A DNA stretch of 64,000 nt from the NCBI GenBank assembly GCA_951812945.1, contig CATOTB010000001.1, positions 393,976 to 457,975 on the forward strand, given 5' to 3'. Below, piece after piece: positions 9,422 through 19,391 of the stretch (its first letter is position 1; each line of letters starts with the position of its first letter). The stretch is from Candidatus Dadabacteria bacterium. GTDB lineage: Bacteria > Desulfobacterota_D > UBA1144 > Nemesobacterales > Nemesobacteraceae. Both the position numbers and the translations under genes were made by a program. The notes under the pieces were generated by a model that saw only the letters and a list, made by a program, of their open reading frames with translations, did no database searches and had not been told where the DNA came from.

Positions 9422-10192
9422 ATGGAAGAGAAAAAAACTTTTGGAGATGTGGTTTCGCTCGCCAAGCGCCTTCGCGCTCCCGGAGGCTGCCCGTGGGACA
9501 GGGAGCAGACGCTCGAATCGCTTCGGGCGTATGTTCTTGAAGAGGCCTACGAGGTAATACAGGCAATAGAGCTCGGAGACATAGACGAGCTTGTCGAGGA
9601 GCTTGGCGATTTCCTCTTCCAGGTCGTTTTCATTTCCCAGATAGCAAGCGAAGAGGGCAAGTTTGATATAGGCGATGTTACGCAGAGACTCCACGACAAG
9701 CTCGTAAGAAGACACCCTCACGTATTCGGGGAAAAAAAGGCCAAGGATGCGGCCGACGCCATAAGAACCTGGAATGCCGAGAAGCTTAAAGAGAAAAAAG
9801 GGAAGACCTCCCTTGAGGAAATACCCAGGGCCATGCCCTCTTTGATGAGAGCGCAGAGGGTCGGGGAAAAAGCGGCCCGTGCCGGGTTTGACTGGAACGA
9901 CACCTCCTCGGTTCTTGCAAAGGTAAAAGAGGAGCTGCTTGAGCTTGAGCGGGAGATGGAAGCCGGTGAGAAGAACAAGTCCCGGGAGGAGTGGGGAGAC
10001 CTCGTTTTTTCAATGGTGAGCCTCGCGAGGCATCTTGACATTGACGCCGAGACCACATCCCATGGGGCTGTTTCGAAGTTCATAGAGAGATTTTCCCGGC
10101 TTGAGGAAAAGGCGCAGGCTGAGGAAAAAGAGATAAAAGCTCTTTCCATGGAGCAGATGGACGAGATATGGGAAGAGGTAAAAAAGCCGTAG
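9422..10192 (+). CDS. mazG: Nucleoside triphosphate pyrophosphohydrolase MazG
   Basis: PGGCPWDREQT...EEAYEV.....D...L.EELGD.L.QVVF, plus a second EEWGDLVFS repeat. GGGGAG RBS precedes ATG 9422. Confidence 0.85.
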   Translation: MEEKKTFGDVVSLAKRLRAPGGCPWDREQTLESLRAYVLEEAYEVIQAIELGDIDELVEELGDFLFQVVFISQIASEEGKFDIGDVTQRLHDKLVRRHPHVFGEKKAKDAADAIRTWNAEKLKEKKGKTSLEEIPRAMPSLMRAQRVGEKAARAGFDWNDTSSVLAKVKEELLELEREMEAGEKNKSREEWGDLVFSMVSLARHLDIDAETTSHGAVSKFIERFSRLEEKAQAEEKEIKALSMEQMDEIWEEVKKP

Positions 10193-10249
10193 TTTTCCCC
10201 TGTCTTCCGGTACCGTTTAAAGGGAATCGATAGCAAAGGAGGAGATAGC

Positions 10250-11158
10250 ATGAGATACATAGCGGCAAATGCGGGGTTTTGGCTAGTGGCGGTACTTTTG
10301 GCGTCCGTATTGTCGGTGACGGATTCCGCGGCGGAAGGTTTTTACGTAGGGCTCGAAGCGGGTTTCTCGAGGTCCGGCGATCTGGACGTTTCCCAGTCTT
10401 TCATTGATCATCCGACCCGATGCGATTCGTTTCTTTACCCCTCCGGTGCAACTCCGCCGATGGATGCGGAGTGCACCACCGATAGAATATCCACCATTGC
10501 AAACGTGTTTGCCCCCGGTGCGGGCTTTGCAGGGGGTGCGACTCTGGGTTATGCCCTCGGCAGCGGGTTGCGTTTCGAGGCGGAGTACCTTAACCGCCGC
10601 CAGGGTTCGCAGAGAAGGCTCGTGCTCCTCGGTTCCGGCGGCGGCGAAACGTTCGATCAAAAGAGGAGCGAATGGGACGAGAACGATCCTCCTTCCGAAC
10701 GCGTATATGACTTAAGGGCCCATCATTTCTTCCTGAATGTCTACTACGACCTGCGCAACGATTCGCCTTTTACGCCCTATATCGGAGGGGGCGCGGGCTT
10801 GGGTTCGACGGAAATGCGTTACTCGGCTAGATTCCTGCGCGGGAGTGCATTGGGTACGGAACCGTGGCAGGTGGCCGTAGCGGGCACGGTCAGTTCCATA
10901 GACACGGAGCTGGAAAAAACTAGGTTCGGTTTTCAGGTCGTGGGCGGAGTCGATTATGCGATTGGCGATGATCTTTCGGCCGGCGCCAAGGTCCGCTGGA
11001 CGCGCCTCAGCGGTTTTGACCGCGACGACGTGTCCTGGACGCGGGTCAGAGGCCACGAATCCATACGCGCCGACGGCGTTACGCCGCTTACGGCCGATTT
11101 CGAAGTGAATGACACAGACATCTGGACCTTCACGGTCGGGTTCAAGTATTATCCCTGA
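10250..11158 (+). CDS. Outer-membrane beta-barrel protein (OmpA-like/OmpW-like porin family) with signal peptide
   Basis: Signal peptide MRYIAANAGFWLVAVLLASVLS; alternating aromatic/small-residue strands; C-terminal TFTVGFKYYP; AAGGAGG RBS. Confidence 0.6.
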   Translation: MRYIAANAGFWLVAVLLASVLSVTDSAAEGFYVGLEAGFSRSGDLDVSQSFIDHPTRCDSFLYPSGATPPMDAECTTDRISTIANVFAPGAGFAGGATLGYALGSGLRFEAEYLNRRQGSQRRLVLLGSGGGETFDQKRSEWDENDPPSERVYDLRAHHFFLNVYYDLRNDSPFTPYIGGGAGLGSTEMRYSARFLRGSALGTEPWQVAVAGTVSSIDTELEKTRFGFQVVGGVDYAIGDDLSAGAKVRWTRLSGFDRDDVSWTRVRGHESIRADGVTPLTADFEVNDTDIWTFTVGFKYYP

Positions 11159-11170
11159 CCCGCCTTGCTC

Positions 11171-12376
11171 TTATCTGGCGACAAGCGTTCCCATGAGCCT
11201 CCAGCCTTGCTCGACGAAAACTCCGCTTGCGGCTGCACAGTCCTCGGTGTAGACAAGCGAGTCGTCTTTTATCGAGGAGTTTGCGGAATCGAGTATGGCG
11301 AAGGGAACTGGTTCGTTTGAATGGGTTCTTAGGTCTATGGGGGTGGGATGATCGGAGAGCACCAGCACTCTGTATTCGCCGAATTGCTTCATTCCCTCGA
11401 GGGCGGGTCCCACTACCTTTTGGTCAAAATCCTCGACTGCCTGGATTTTGAGGCGGGCGTCTCCGACGTGGCCTGTTTCGTCCGTCGCTTCTATATGGAT
11501 CATTGTGAGATCCACGCGCTGCAGCGACTCAATCGCGCCGCTTACCTTTCCCGCGTAGTTGGTGTCAAGGTACCCGGTTGCTCCCGGAACCTCGATCACT
11601 TCCATCTCGGCGAATATGCCTATCCCCTTTACGAGGTCGACCGCCGATACAACGGACCCGGTGATTCCGTAAAGCTCTTTAAGGGACGGCATGTCGGGTC
11701 TTGTCCCCTCCCCCCAGAGCCATATGGAGTCGGCGGTGTTCTTCCCCTCGGCCCTTCTTTTTGTGTTTACGGGGTGATCTTTCAGTATCCTGCGGGATTT
11801 ATCCATTAACCTGGTGAGTTTTTCCGCTCCCTCTCCGGAGGGAAGCCAGGGGGCGACTTCCTTTCCCGAAATGTCGTGCGGCGGGGTCGTGCGGATACCG
11901 CTGTTTCCTCCGCGCCAGAGCAGGAGATGTCTGTAGCTTACTCCCTGGCTCAGCGAAAACTCCTCCCCGTCAAACTCCCTTTTGAGATCCTCGATTATAC
12001 AGGCGGCGTCATCGTCCGTTATGTGCCCGGCGCTGTAGTCCTCCATTACCGTCCGCCCGTTTCTCTCAGCGAGGGTTACCAGGTTGCAGCGGACCGTGAC
12101 GTCCGTTTCCCCGAGCGTGACTCCTATGCTCGCGGCTTCAAGCGGGGACCTTCCCGTGTAGTATTTCGTGGGATCATAACCCAGCACCGCCAAGTTTCCC
12201 ACGTCGCTTCCGGGAGGGAGCGGATCGGGAATGGTTTTTGCTATCCCGAAAATCTCGGCCCGCTTCGCGATCGCATCAAGATTCGGTGTGCTTGCGACCT
12301 CAAGCGGAGTCCTGCCTTCAAGCTCAGGGAGCTTGTGGTCGGGCATGCCGTCACCTTGTAGAATGAGGTATTTCAC
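11171..12376 (-). CDS. apgM: 2,3-bisphosphoglycerate-independent phosphoglycerate mutase, archaeal type (ApgM)
   Basis: MKYLILQGDGMPDH..., DHPTPIDLRTHSNEPVPFAI; about 400 aa. Confidence 0.8.
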   Translation of the reverse strand: MKYLILQGDGMPDHKLPELEGRTPLEVASTPNLDAIAKRAEIFGIAKTIPDPLPPGSDVGNLAVLGYDPTKYYTGRSPLEAASIGVTLGETDVTVRCNLVTLAERNGRTVMEDYSAGHITDDDAACIIEDLKREFDGEEFSLSQGVSYRHLLLWRGGNSGIRTTPPHDISGKEVAPWLPSGEGAEKLTRLMDKSRRILKDHPVNTKRRAEGKNTADSIWLWGEGTRPDMPSLKELYGITGSVVSAVDLVKGIGIFAEMEVIEVPGATGYLDTNYAGKVSGAIESLQRVDLTMIHIEATDETGHVGDARLKIQAVEDFDQKVVGPALEGMKQFGEYRVLVLSDHPTPIDLRTHSNEPVPFAILDSANSSIKDDSLVYTEDCAAASGVFVEQGWRLMGTLVAR

Positions 12377-12416
12377 AGAACGAAGAGGGTATACGCAAAT
12401 TCCGGGGAATCAAGAC

Positions 12417-12791
12417 TCAGGATATGTCGGCGGCGTATTTTTTGAGGTCTGAGAGATCAATGATGCTTAGCACGGATTCATGGGTCGACTGCAAAAAGAC
12501 CGGGGGAGCCACGCCGCCGTCGAACGCCTCCTTCCAGCGAAGTGCGCAGAGACACCACCTGTCTCCGGGTTGAAGCCCCGAGAAACCGAACTCGGGACGG
12601 GGGGTTACGAGGTCGTTTCCCCTGGATTTCGAGAATGCGAGGAACTCCTCGGTCATCTCCGCGCAGACCAGATGAAGCCCCACATCCTCAACAGCCGCCC
12701 TGCAGCAGCCGTCCCTGAAAAATCCTGTCATCGGGTCCGTGCTGCACTCCTTCAGTTCTTCGCCGAATATGTTTTTCTGTTCCGCTTTCAT
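12417..12791 (-). CDS. DUF2237 family protein (conserved small Cys-rich protein)
   Basis: TGFFRDGCC....D.G.H.VCAEMT.EFL.FS...GNDL......F..L.PGDRWCLCA.RW. Confidence 0.5.
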   Translation of the reverse strand: MKAEQKNIFGEELKECSTDPMTGFFRDGCCRAAVEDVGLHLVCAEMTEEFLAFSKSRGNDLVTPRPEFGFSGLQPGDRWCLCALRWKEAFDGGVAPPVFLQSTHESVLSIIDLSDLKKYAADIS

Positions 12792-12888
12792 CGCACGCGT
12801 TTAGCATAAAGACCTGCCGCCGGGCCTGCTTTACCAAATTATTATATATTGTTTTGCCGAGTATAAGTATATAATTCTCAATCGAAAG

Positions 12889-14178
12889 ATGGCCGATTTC
12901 ACTCTGAAGGAAAAATCCCGCGCGTTCAAAGGAGAGATGACCCCTCCCGGGGATAAATCCATTTCCCACAGGGCGATTATCTTGGGTTCCCTGGGTAGGG
13001 GGAAAACCAGGGCGAGCGGGTTTCTGGCTTCCCGGGATACCCTTGCCACCGTGGACGCTTTTAGGAGCATGGGGGTCGAGATAAACGTAACCGCCGGAGA
13101 AGTGGAAATTTCGGGCAATGGGCTTTCCGGCCTCAGGGAACCCCGAGAGGCAATAGACGCCGAGAATTCGGGAACGACGGCCAGGCTGCTTGCGGGGGTT
13201 CTAAGCGCCCAGAGCTTCCGCTCCACCATTACCGGGGACTCCTCGCTTCGTCGCCGTCCCATGTCCAGGGTGACCGTTCCGCTTCGCATGATGGGAGCCG
13301 GGATATCGGGAGAGGGGGAGACCCTTCCACTTCACATAACGGGCTCGGAACTTCGGGGGATAGATTACGAATCCCCCGTGGCAAGCGCGCAGGTGAAATC
13401 GTCGCTTCTGCTCGCGGGGCTCTACGCGGCGGGGAGAACCAGCGTAACGGAGCCCGAGAGAACCCGGGACCACACGGAAAGAATGCTCCGCCATTTCGGC
13501 GTTCCGGTGGAGGCAAGCGGAACTCGTGTTTCGGTAAGCCCGGCTGGGGAATTTCCCGGAACTGAGCTTGAAATCCCCTCCGACATCTCCTCAGCGGCTT
13601 TTTTCATCGTGGCCGCGCTTGTAAACCCGGGATCAGAAATCATAGTAAAAAACGTGGGGCTTAATCCGCTTAGAATGGGAGTACTTGATATTCTGCGGGA
13701 AATGGGGGCCGATATCTCGGTTGAGAACCGCCGTGAGCACTGCGGAGAACCTGTAGGGGACGTAATCGCCCGCCACTGCGCCCTAAGGGGCGTACGGGTA
13801 GAGGGAGATGCCGTCTCCCGTGCCATAGACGAGCTTCCGGTTATCTCCGTAGCCGCGTGTTTTGCTGAGGGGGAAACGGTGATAAGCGGGGCCGGGGAAC
13901 TTCGGGTGAAGGAAACCGACAGGATAAGCGCGATGTCCGGGGAACTTTCAAAACTCGGCGCGGACATACGGGAAACACGGGACGGCATGGTTATAAACGG
14001 GACGGGGGAGCTTTGCGGCGCGCGCTGTGAGAGCCGCGGAGACCACCGCATCGCCATGTCTCTTGCCGTCGCGGCCACGCAGGCCCGCGGAGAGACGGTG
14101 ATCGGGGACGCCGGGTGCGTTTCCATCTCGTTTCCAGAGTTCTTCCCGCTTTTCGAGGCGCTCGGAAAACCGAAATGA
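12889..14178 (+). CDS. aroA: 3-phosphoshikimate 1-carboxyvinyltransferase (EPSP synthase)
   Basis: PGDKSISHRAIILGSL, NSGTTARLLAGVL, and GDHRIAMSLAVAA at the C-terminus. Confidence 0.9.
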   Translation: MADFTLKEKSRAFKGEMTPPGDKSISHRAIILGSLGRGKTRASGFLASRDTLATVDAFRSMGVEINVTAGEVEISGNGLSGLREPREAIDAENSGTTARLLAGVLSAQSFRSTITGDSSLRRRPMSRVTVPLRMMGAGISGEGETLPLHITGSELRGIDYESPVASAQVKSSLLLAGLYAAGRTSVTEPERTRDHTERMLRHFGVPVEASGTRVSVSPAGEFPGTELEIPSDISSAAFFIVAALVNPGSEIIVKNVGLNPLRMGVLDILREMGADISVENRREHCGEPVGDVIARHCALRGVRVEGDAVSRAIDELPVISVAACFAEGETVISGAGELRVKETDRISAMSGELSKLGADIRETRDGMVINGTGELCGARCESRGDHRIAMSLAVAATQARGETVIGDAGCVSISFPEFFPLFEALGKPK

Positions 14179-14855
14179 AGCGAGACGGGGACAATATCGT
14201 TACCATAGACGGACCTTCCGGGGTGGGGAAAAGCACCATCGCCAGGCAGGTCGCCGAGCTGCTCGGTTTTTGGTGTCTTGACACAGGGGCCATGTACAGG
14301 GCCGTAGCTCTCAAGGCGGATGAGGCAGCGGCGGATTTGGGTGATTCCGTAGCGCTCTCGATGTTGCTTTCCGAAACTACCGTGGAATTCGATCCGGCGG
14401 GGAGCGTTCTGCTTGACCGCCGCGACGTCTCCAAGCTTATAAGGACGGAGCGGATATCATCCCTTTCATCCAGGCTTGCGGAACTTGGTGAAGTGAGGGA
14501 ATTTCTCGTCGGAATCCAGAGAAAAATCGGCGAGAGCGGAAACATAGTCGCTGAGGGAAGAGACATGGGCACGTATGTTTTCCCCGGGGCTAAGTACAAG
14601 TTCTACCTTGACGCCACGGTTGCCGAGAGAACGAAAAGAAGGTTTCATCAAAGCGGGCGAGGTGACTCCGAGGCTTCTCTTTTAGATGTTGAAGCCGAGC
14701 TTCGAGAAAGGGACCGCCGCGACACCCTTCGCGCTGAGAACCCGCTTCGTCCCGCCCCCGATGCCGTGATAATGGACACCACCCGCATGAGCGCCGAGCA
14801 GGTTATCTCCAGCATAGTGCTTCGTGTAAAAGACATATCACTTCTTCACGACTGA
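14175..14855 (+). CDS. cmk: Cytidylate kinase
   Basis: IDGPSGVGKSTIARQVAELLGF..LDTGAMYRAVAL. The ATG overlaps the aroA stop, and the aroA-cmk-rpsA order is conserved. Confidence 0.9.
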   Translation: MKRDGDNIVTIDGPSGVGKSTIARQVAELLGFWCLDTGAMYRAVALKADEAAADLGDSVALSMLLSETTVEFDPAGSVLLDRRDVSKLIRTERISSLSSRLAELGEVREFLVGIQRKIGESGNIVAEGRDMGTYVFPGAKYKFYLDATVAERTKRRFHQSGRGDSEASLLDVEAELRERDRRDTLRAENPLRPAPDAVIMDTTRMSAEQVISSIVLRVKDISLLHD

Positions 14856-14949
14856 GAACAGTTTTTCTTCAGAACTCTCTTTTTATTTTCGGCAGTTTTC
14901 ATGTAACCTTGCCTCTATTAACAAATGACGGCGAAGGCGGCTAAACAAA

Positions 14950-16659
14950 ATGATTCAGGATAATGATACTACGGATTCAAATGAAAAAAGCTTTGAGGAG
15001 TTGCTTGATGAAAGCATGGAATCGCGCTTGAGCGAACCCGAGAACGGGGAAATAGCGAAGGGAAGGGTTATAAGGATTGACTCTGACGCTGTTTTCATAG
15101 ACCTCGGGTTCAAGTTCGAGTGCATAGTTCCCATAAACCAGTTTCTAAACAAAAACGGCGAATATGAAGTCTCGGTGGGCTCGGAGATAGAGGTGCTGGT
15201 CGAAAGACCGAACCCGAACACAGTCAGGGCCTCCAAGCAGAAAGCGGACCAGCTCAGGGAAAAAAAGGCGATCGAGGAGAAGTTCAAAAACAAAGAGCCC
15301 GTCGCCACAAGGATTCTAAACAGAGTGAAGGGCGGTTTTAACTGCGATATAGGACAGGGCAGCCCTTTTAAGGTTTTTCTTCCCGGTTCTCAGATCGCTC
15401 TGCGGCCGGTTGCGGATTTTGACGAGATGGTTGGCCAGACGATCGAAACCCGTATTATCCAGAACAACGATAATGGCATAGTCGTATCAAGAAGGGTAAT
15501 TCTCGAAGAGGAAAGAGAGGAGAAGAGAAAGGAGACTCTTGCTACCATCTCGGAAGGCCAGACCGTTTCTGGAAATGTCGTCAAGATAATTGATCCCGGT
15601 GCTTTTGTGGATATAGGGGGCATAGAGGGGTTTGTTCCGATAGGGGAGCTTTCCTGGGGAAGGGTTAGGCACCCGGGAGATGTTCTCAAGGAAGGTCAGG
15701 ACGTACAGGTCAGGATTCTTAAGCTTGAAATTGAAAACGGAAAAATAACCCTCGGAGTGAAGCAGACCACTGAAGACCCGTGGGAAACCATACAGCAAAG
15801 ATACGATGTCGGCGGCAGAGTCAAAGGGAAAGTGGTTTTCGCGGCTGAATTCGGCGTGTTCGTCGAGCTTGAACCGGGAATAGAGGGACTCGTGCACGTA
15901 AGCGAGCTTTCCTGGGTTAAGAATTTCCGCCACCCGAGCGAAGTCGTTTCCATCGGAAGCGAGATAGAAGTCGCTGTTTTGGGAGTAAAGCCCAGGGAAA
16001 GAAGGATTTCGCTTAGCCTCAAGCAGATACAGGAGAACCCGTGGGATGAGTTCAAGCGGAACAATCCTCCGAACACCAGGTTGAGCGGAACCATAAGAAA
16101 TGTCACCGAACTCGGGGTTTTCGTAGAGGTTGCGCCGGAGATGGTCGGGCTTGTGCGTCCCGAAAATCTAAGGTGGGAGGGGGAAGTAAGCCCCCTTGAG
16201 GTTTTCTCAGGCGAAGACGTCGGAAAGGAAATAGAACTTGTGATACTGAACGTCATCCCGAGGCAGAGAAAAATCGGACTCGGAATAAAGCAGCTTACCC
16301 CGGACCCCTGGAACAAGGTGCTTCGGGACTACAAGGTGAACGAGACGGTGGTCACTTCCAAGATAGAGGAGATTCTTGATAACGGAGTTACGGTGGCGCT
16401 TGCCGACAACGTGAGGGGCTTTTACGCTATCCGCGAATTCCAGGGCGATGAGTTAAGCCGGGAATCTCTTAAGGTCGGCGACGAGATAAGCGGCTTGGTC
16501 ACGGGTTTTAACAAGCCCAAGCACCAAGTGAACCTCAGTCGCAGGAGACTTGAGAAAAAACAGGAAAAAGACACTATGAAAGACTTCGCGTCATCCCAGC
16601 AGGAAAGTTCCTCCAAGCTAGGTGACATCCTGAATGAAAAACTCAAGGCCCTTGACTGA
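14950..16659 (+). CDS. rpsA: 30S ribosomal protein S1
   Basis: Six S1 (OB-fold) repeats (G.V.....G.FV.L..G..GL.H.SE.SW); 569 aa; follows cmk. Confidence 0.9.
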   Translation: MIQDNDTTDSNEKSFEELLDESMESRLSEPENGEIAKGRVIRIDSDAVFIDLGFKFECIVPINQFLNKNGEYEVSVGSEIEVLVERPNPNTVRASKQKADQLREKKAIEEKFKNKEPVATRILNRVKGGFNCDIGQGSPFKVFLPGSQIALRPVADFDEMVGQTIETRIIQNNDNGIVVSRRVILEEEREEKRKETLATISEGQTVSGNVVKIIDPGAFVDIGGIEGFVPIGELSWGRVRHPGDVLKEGQDVQVRILKLEIENGKITLGVKQTTEDPWETIQQRYDVGGRVKGKVVFAAEFGVFVELEPGIEGLVHVSELSWVKNFRHPSEVVSIGSEIEVAVLGVKPRERRISLSLKQIQENPWDEFKRNNPPNTRLSGTIRNVTELGVFVEVAPEMVGLVRPENLRWEGEVSPLEVFSGEDVGKEIELVILNVIPRQRKIGLGIKQLTPDPWNKVLRDYKVNETVVTSKIEEILDNGVTVALADNVRGFYAIREFQGDELSRESLKVGDEISGLVTGFNKPKHQVNLSRRRLEKKQEKDTMKDFASSQQESSSKLGDILNEKLKALD

Positions 16660-16670
16660 CGGGTGGTGAA

Positions 16671-17570
16671 GTGAAAGTCCCCGATCTGAATTTTTTTCTT
16701 AAGACTTTTCTTTCTCTTCTGGTCATCTTTATTATCTGTTTCACGGGCATCCTCATAGGGATGTTGATCTCCGATCAGGCTCAGAGCCCCGGCGGGGACG
16801 GCGTGGCGGTAATAAACGTTGACGGCATAATAATCGACACTGACCCATATATTAAAAGCATAAGAAAGATACGGGAAACCGATTCCATAAAGGCCGTTGT
16901 GGTGAGAATAAATTCCCCGGGGGGATCCGTTGCCACTTCCCAGGAAATATACGAAGAACTCAAAGGCCTTGGTGAAACGATGCCGGTTGTGGCAAGCATG
17001 GGAACGGTCGCGGCTTCCGGGGGTTATTATGTCGCCTGCGCGGCCTCAGCGATTTATGCGAACCCCGGCACCGTGACCGGGAGCATCGGCGTGATAGCGC
17101 AGTTCGCAAGCTACGAGCAACTGCTTAAGTGGGCGAAGGTGGAGGTCGAGGTAATAAAGAGCGGGGAATTCAAGGATCTTGGTTCGCCCCTTCGAAAGAT
17201 GCCCGAGGCGGAAAAGGCCTACCTGCAGACATTAATAGACAGCGTCCACTCCCAGTTCAAAGACACGGTTGCCGAAAGAAGAAAGCTGTCTCCGGAGAAA
17301 GTCGCCTCGCTTTCTGACGGAAAAATATTCACCGGAAGCCGTGCGAAGGAACTCGGCCTGATTGACCGCATCGGGACTCTTGAGACGGCAATAGCAGAGG
17401 CGAGGAGGCTTTCGGGTCTTGATGAGGATTCGTGGATAAAAGAATATCCAGTGAAGAAAAAGACGCTGCTAGATTTCGTTTTTCCTGAGACTCTGGCTGA
17501 GCACGCGATTTTTGCCTCTCCCGTAAAAACCGGATTCGGTCTCTACTACATAGCTGACGTGATTTACTAG
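16671..17570 (+). CDS. sppA: Signal peptide peptidase SppA (36K type, S49 family)
   Basis: N-terminal TM; VVRINSPGGSVATSQEIYEEL; GTVAASGGYYVACAASAIYA; Ser/Lys dyad context. GTG start with GGTGGTGA RBS. Confidence 0.8.
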   Translation: MKVPDLNFFLKTFLSLLVIFIICFTGILIGMLISDQAQSPGGDGVAVINVDGIIIDTDPYIKSIRKIRETDSIKAVVVRINSPGGSVATSQEIYEELKGLGETMPVVASMGTVAASGGYYVACAASAIYANPGTVTGSIGVIAQFASYEQLLKWAKVEVEVIKSGEFKDLGSPLRKMPEAEKAYLQTLIDSVHSQFKDTVAERRKLSPEKVASLSDGKIFTGSRAKELGLIDRIGTLETAIAEARRLSGLDEDSWIKEYPVKKKTLLDFVFPETLAEHAIFASPVKTGFGLYYIADVIY

Positions 17571-17831
17571 CCTAGGTTCTCGTTTCTGATTTTCGGTTCG
17601 GCGAAATGATTTTCCTGCGCGCGCCTTGTGCGGAACCGGTCTGCGGACAACACTGAATGCCTTGCATTTTGTAACCGGTCGAGCAAGTCCCAATTCCTAT
17701 CATGTATCTCTTATTTTAATCCGGTCTGCAATGTGTGATATAACTGGTATTTTCTCGAAAAACCGATATTCTACAACATGTTCCCGCTAGGTGGGTTGCA
17801 CTGGTGTAGCAAACCGTTTTTCAAACAACCG

Positions 17832-18197
17832 ATGAAACACGTAAAAAGATTTTTTCTGTTGGTCATATGCTGTTTCTTAGCTGTTTTCTTCATCCAGAAC
17901 CTCGAAATAGCGACGGATGTGTTCAGGATCGAACTTGGTTTTTTCTCCTATAAGTACACTGGGGCAGTTTACAACGCCGGTATAATAGGGGTTTCGTTTC
18001 TTTTGGGGGCGTTTGTTTTTTTCCTGCTGAGTCTTTCCAGAGGCCGTTCCAAAAAGTCTGAATTGAAGCGGAGCAGGGAAACTGTAAAGAAACTAGAGGA
18101 AAAGATCGGGAAGCTTGAGGTGGAGCTTCTGCAGAACAAGTCTTCTGGCTACCAAGGGCAGTCTTCTCCCCATGAGGTGTTCAAGGCGCCGAAATGA
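17832..18197 (+). CDS. Small inner-membrane protein, LapA/YciS-like (DUF1049-type), two TM helices plus charged coiled tail
   Basis: Hydrophobic segments FFLLVICCFLAVFFI and IIGVSFLLGAFVFFLLSL followed by RGRSKKSELKRSRETVKKLEEKIGKLEVELLQ. The ORF could instead begin at ATG 17778. Confidence 0.4.
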   Translation: MKHVKRFFLLVICCFLAVFFIQNLEIATDVFRIELGFFSYKYTGAVYNAGIIGVSFLLGAFVFFLLSLSRGRSKKSELKRSRETVKKLEEKIGKLEVELLQNKSSGYQGQSSPHEVFKAPK

Positions 18198-19168
18198 GAT
18201 CTGTTATCACTGAAACCCGGACGTCTGGTCGAGCGGGAATTCGCAAAAAACCCGAATGGATAAAGGCAAAAATCCCGAGCGGCCAGAATTACATGAGGCT
18301 CAGGGGTTTGGTACGCGAACTCGGTCTTCACACAGTGTGCGAGGAGGCGAAGTGTCCTAACATAGGTGAGTGCTGGGGGGCCGGTACGCTTACCTTCATG
18401 ATTCTTGGGGATGTTTGCACGAGAAGCTGCGGTTTCTGCCATGTAAAAACGGGAAAAGGCGGCGAGCTTGACTGGGAGGAACCCGCTAGGGTGGCAAAGG
18501 CTGTCAAAGAGCTTCAGAAAAACAACGCGCTGGTGACTCACGTAGTCATAACTTCGGTAAACAGGGATGACAGGAATTATGAAAGCGCATGTATATTCGC
18601 ACAGACCGTTAATGAAGTGAGGAGCAAGGTTCCAGGCATAAAGATCGAGGTCCTTATCCCGGATTTTAAGGGGGCGGCCGAGGCGATTGAAAAAGTTATA
18701 GAGTCGTCTCCCGATGTTTTGAATCACAATATCGAAACCGTTCCAAGACTTTACTCCCTTCCGCAGAAAACCCAGTCGGGAAGAACAAGATCCGTAAGGC
18801 CTCAGGCGGTTTACCAAAGGTCTCTGGAACTTCTTTCGATGTCCGCGAGCAGGGGAAATCCCGCAATGCTTACCAAATCAGGCATCATGGTCGGTCTTGG
18901 GGAGAGCTACGAGGAGATTATCGAAACGCTTGCCGACCTTAAGCGTGCAGGGTGCGACATAGTTACCATAGGACAGTATCTTCAGCCGACAGTTGACCAT
19001 ATACCCGTATCAAGGTTCTATCATCCCGTCGAGTTCGAATCTCTTAAAAACTACGGGGAAAAGATAGTCGGCATCCCGCATGTGGAAGCCGGGCCTCTTG
19101 TGAGAAGTTCCTATCACGCGGAAAAGCAGGTTCTCGAACTTTCACGCAACATGATGACTGGAACGTGA
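18194..19168 (+). CDS. lipA: Lipoyl synthase
   Basis: CEEAKCPNIGECW...TFMILGDVCTRSCGFC (radical SAM CxxxCxxC plus the auxiliary cluster cysteines). Confidence 0.9.
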   Translation: MRSVITETRTSGRAGIRKKPEWIKAKIPSGQNYMRLRGLVRELGLHTVCEEAKCPNIGECWGAGTLTFMILGDVCTRSCGFCHVKTGKGGELDWEEPARVAKAVKELQKNNALVTHVVITSVNRDDRNYESACIFAQTVNEVRSKVPGIKIEVLIPDFKGAAEAIEKVIESSPDVLNHNIETVPRLYSLPQKTQSGRTRSVRPQAVYQRSLELLSMSASRGNPAMLTKSGIMVGLGESYEEIIETLADLKRAGCDIVTIGQYLQPTVDHIPVSRFYHPVEFESLKNYGEKIVGIPHVEAGPLVRSSYHAEKQVLELSRNMMTGT

Positions 19169-19391
19169 AAAGATATTTCCCCTTCCAGGCTGAGAACCAG
19201 TGAGGGGCTTGCTGACCGCTTCTTCTTAATAACGAATCTTGATCCGAGACGTTATTCCGCCATGGAAGTGCTTAAGCTTTACGGAAAACGTACAAGTGCC
19301 TTTGCGGGGTGGAGAGGGCGTTTCGTTCGATAAAGACTTCTTTGCTCAGGACACATCCCTATACGGCCAGAATCACTTGAGGGCTTGTCGT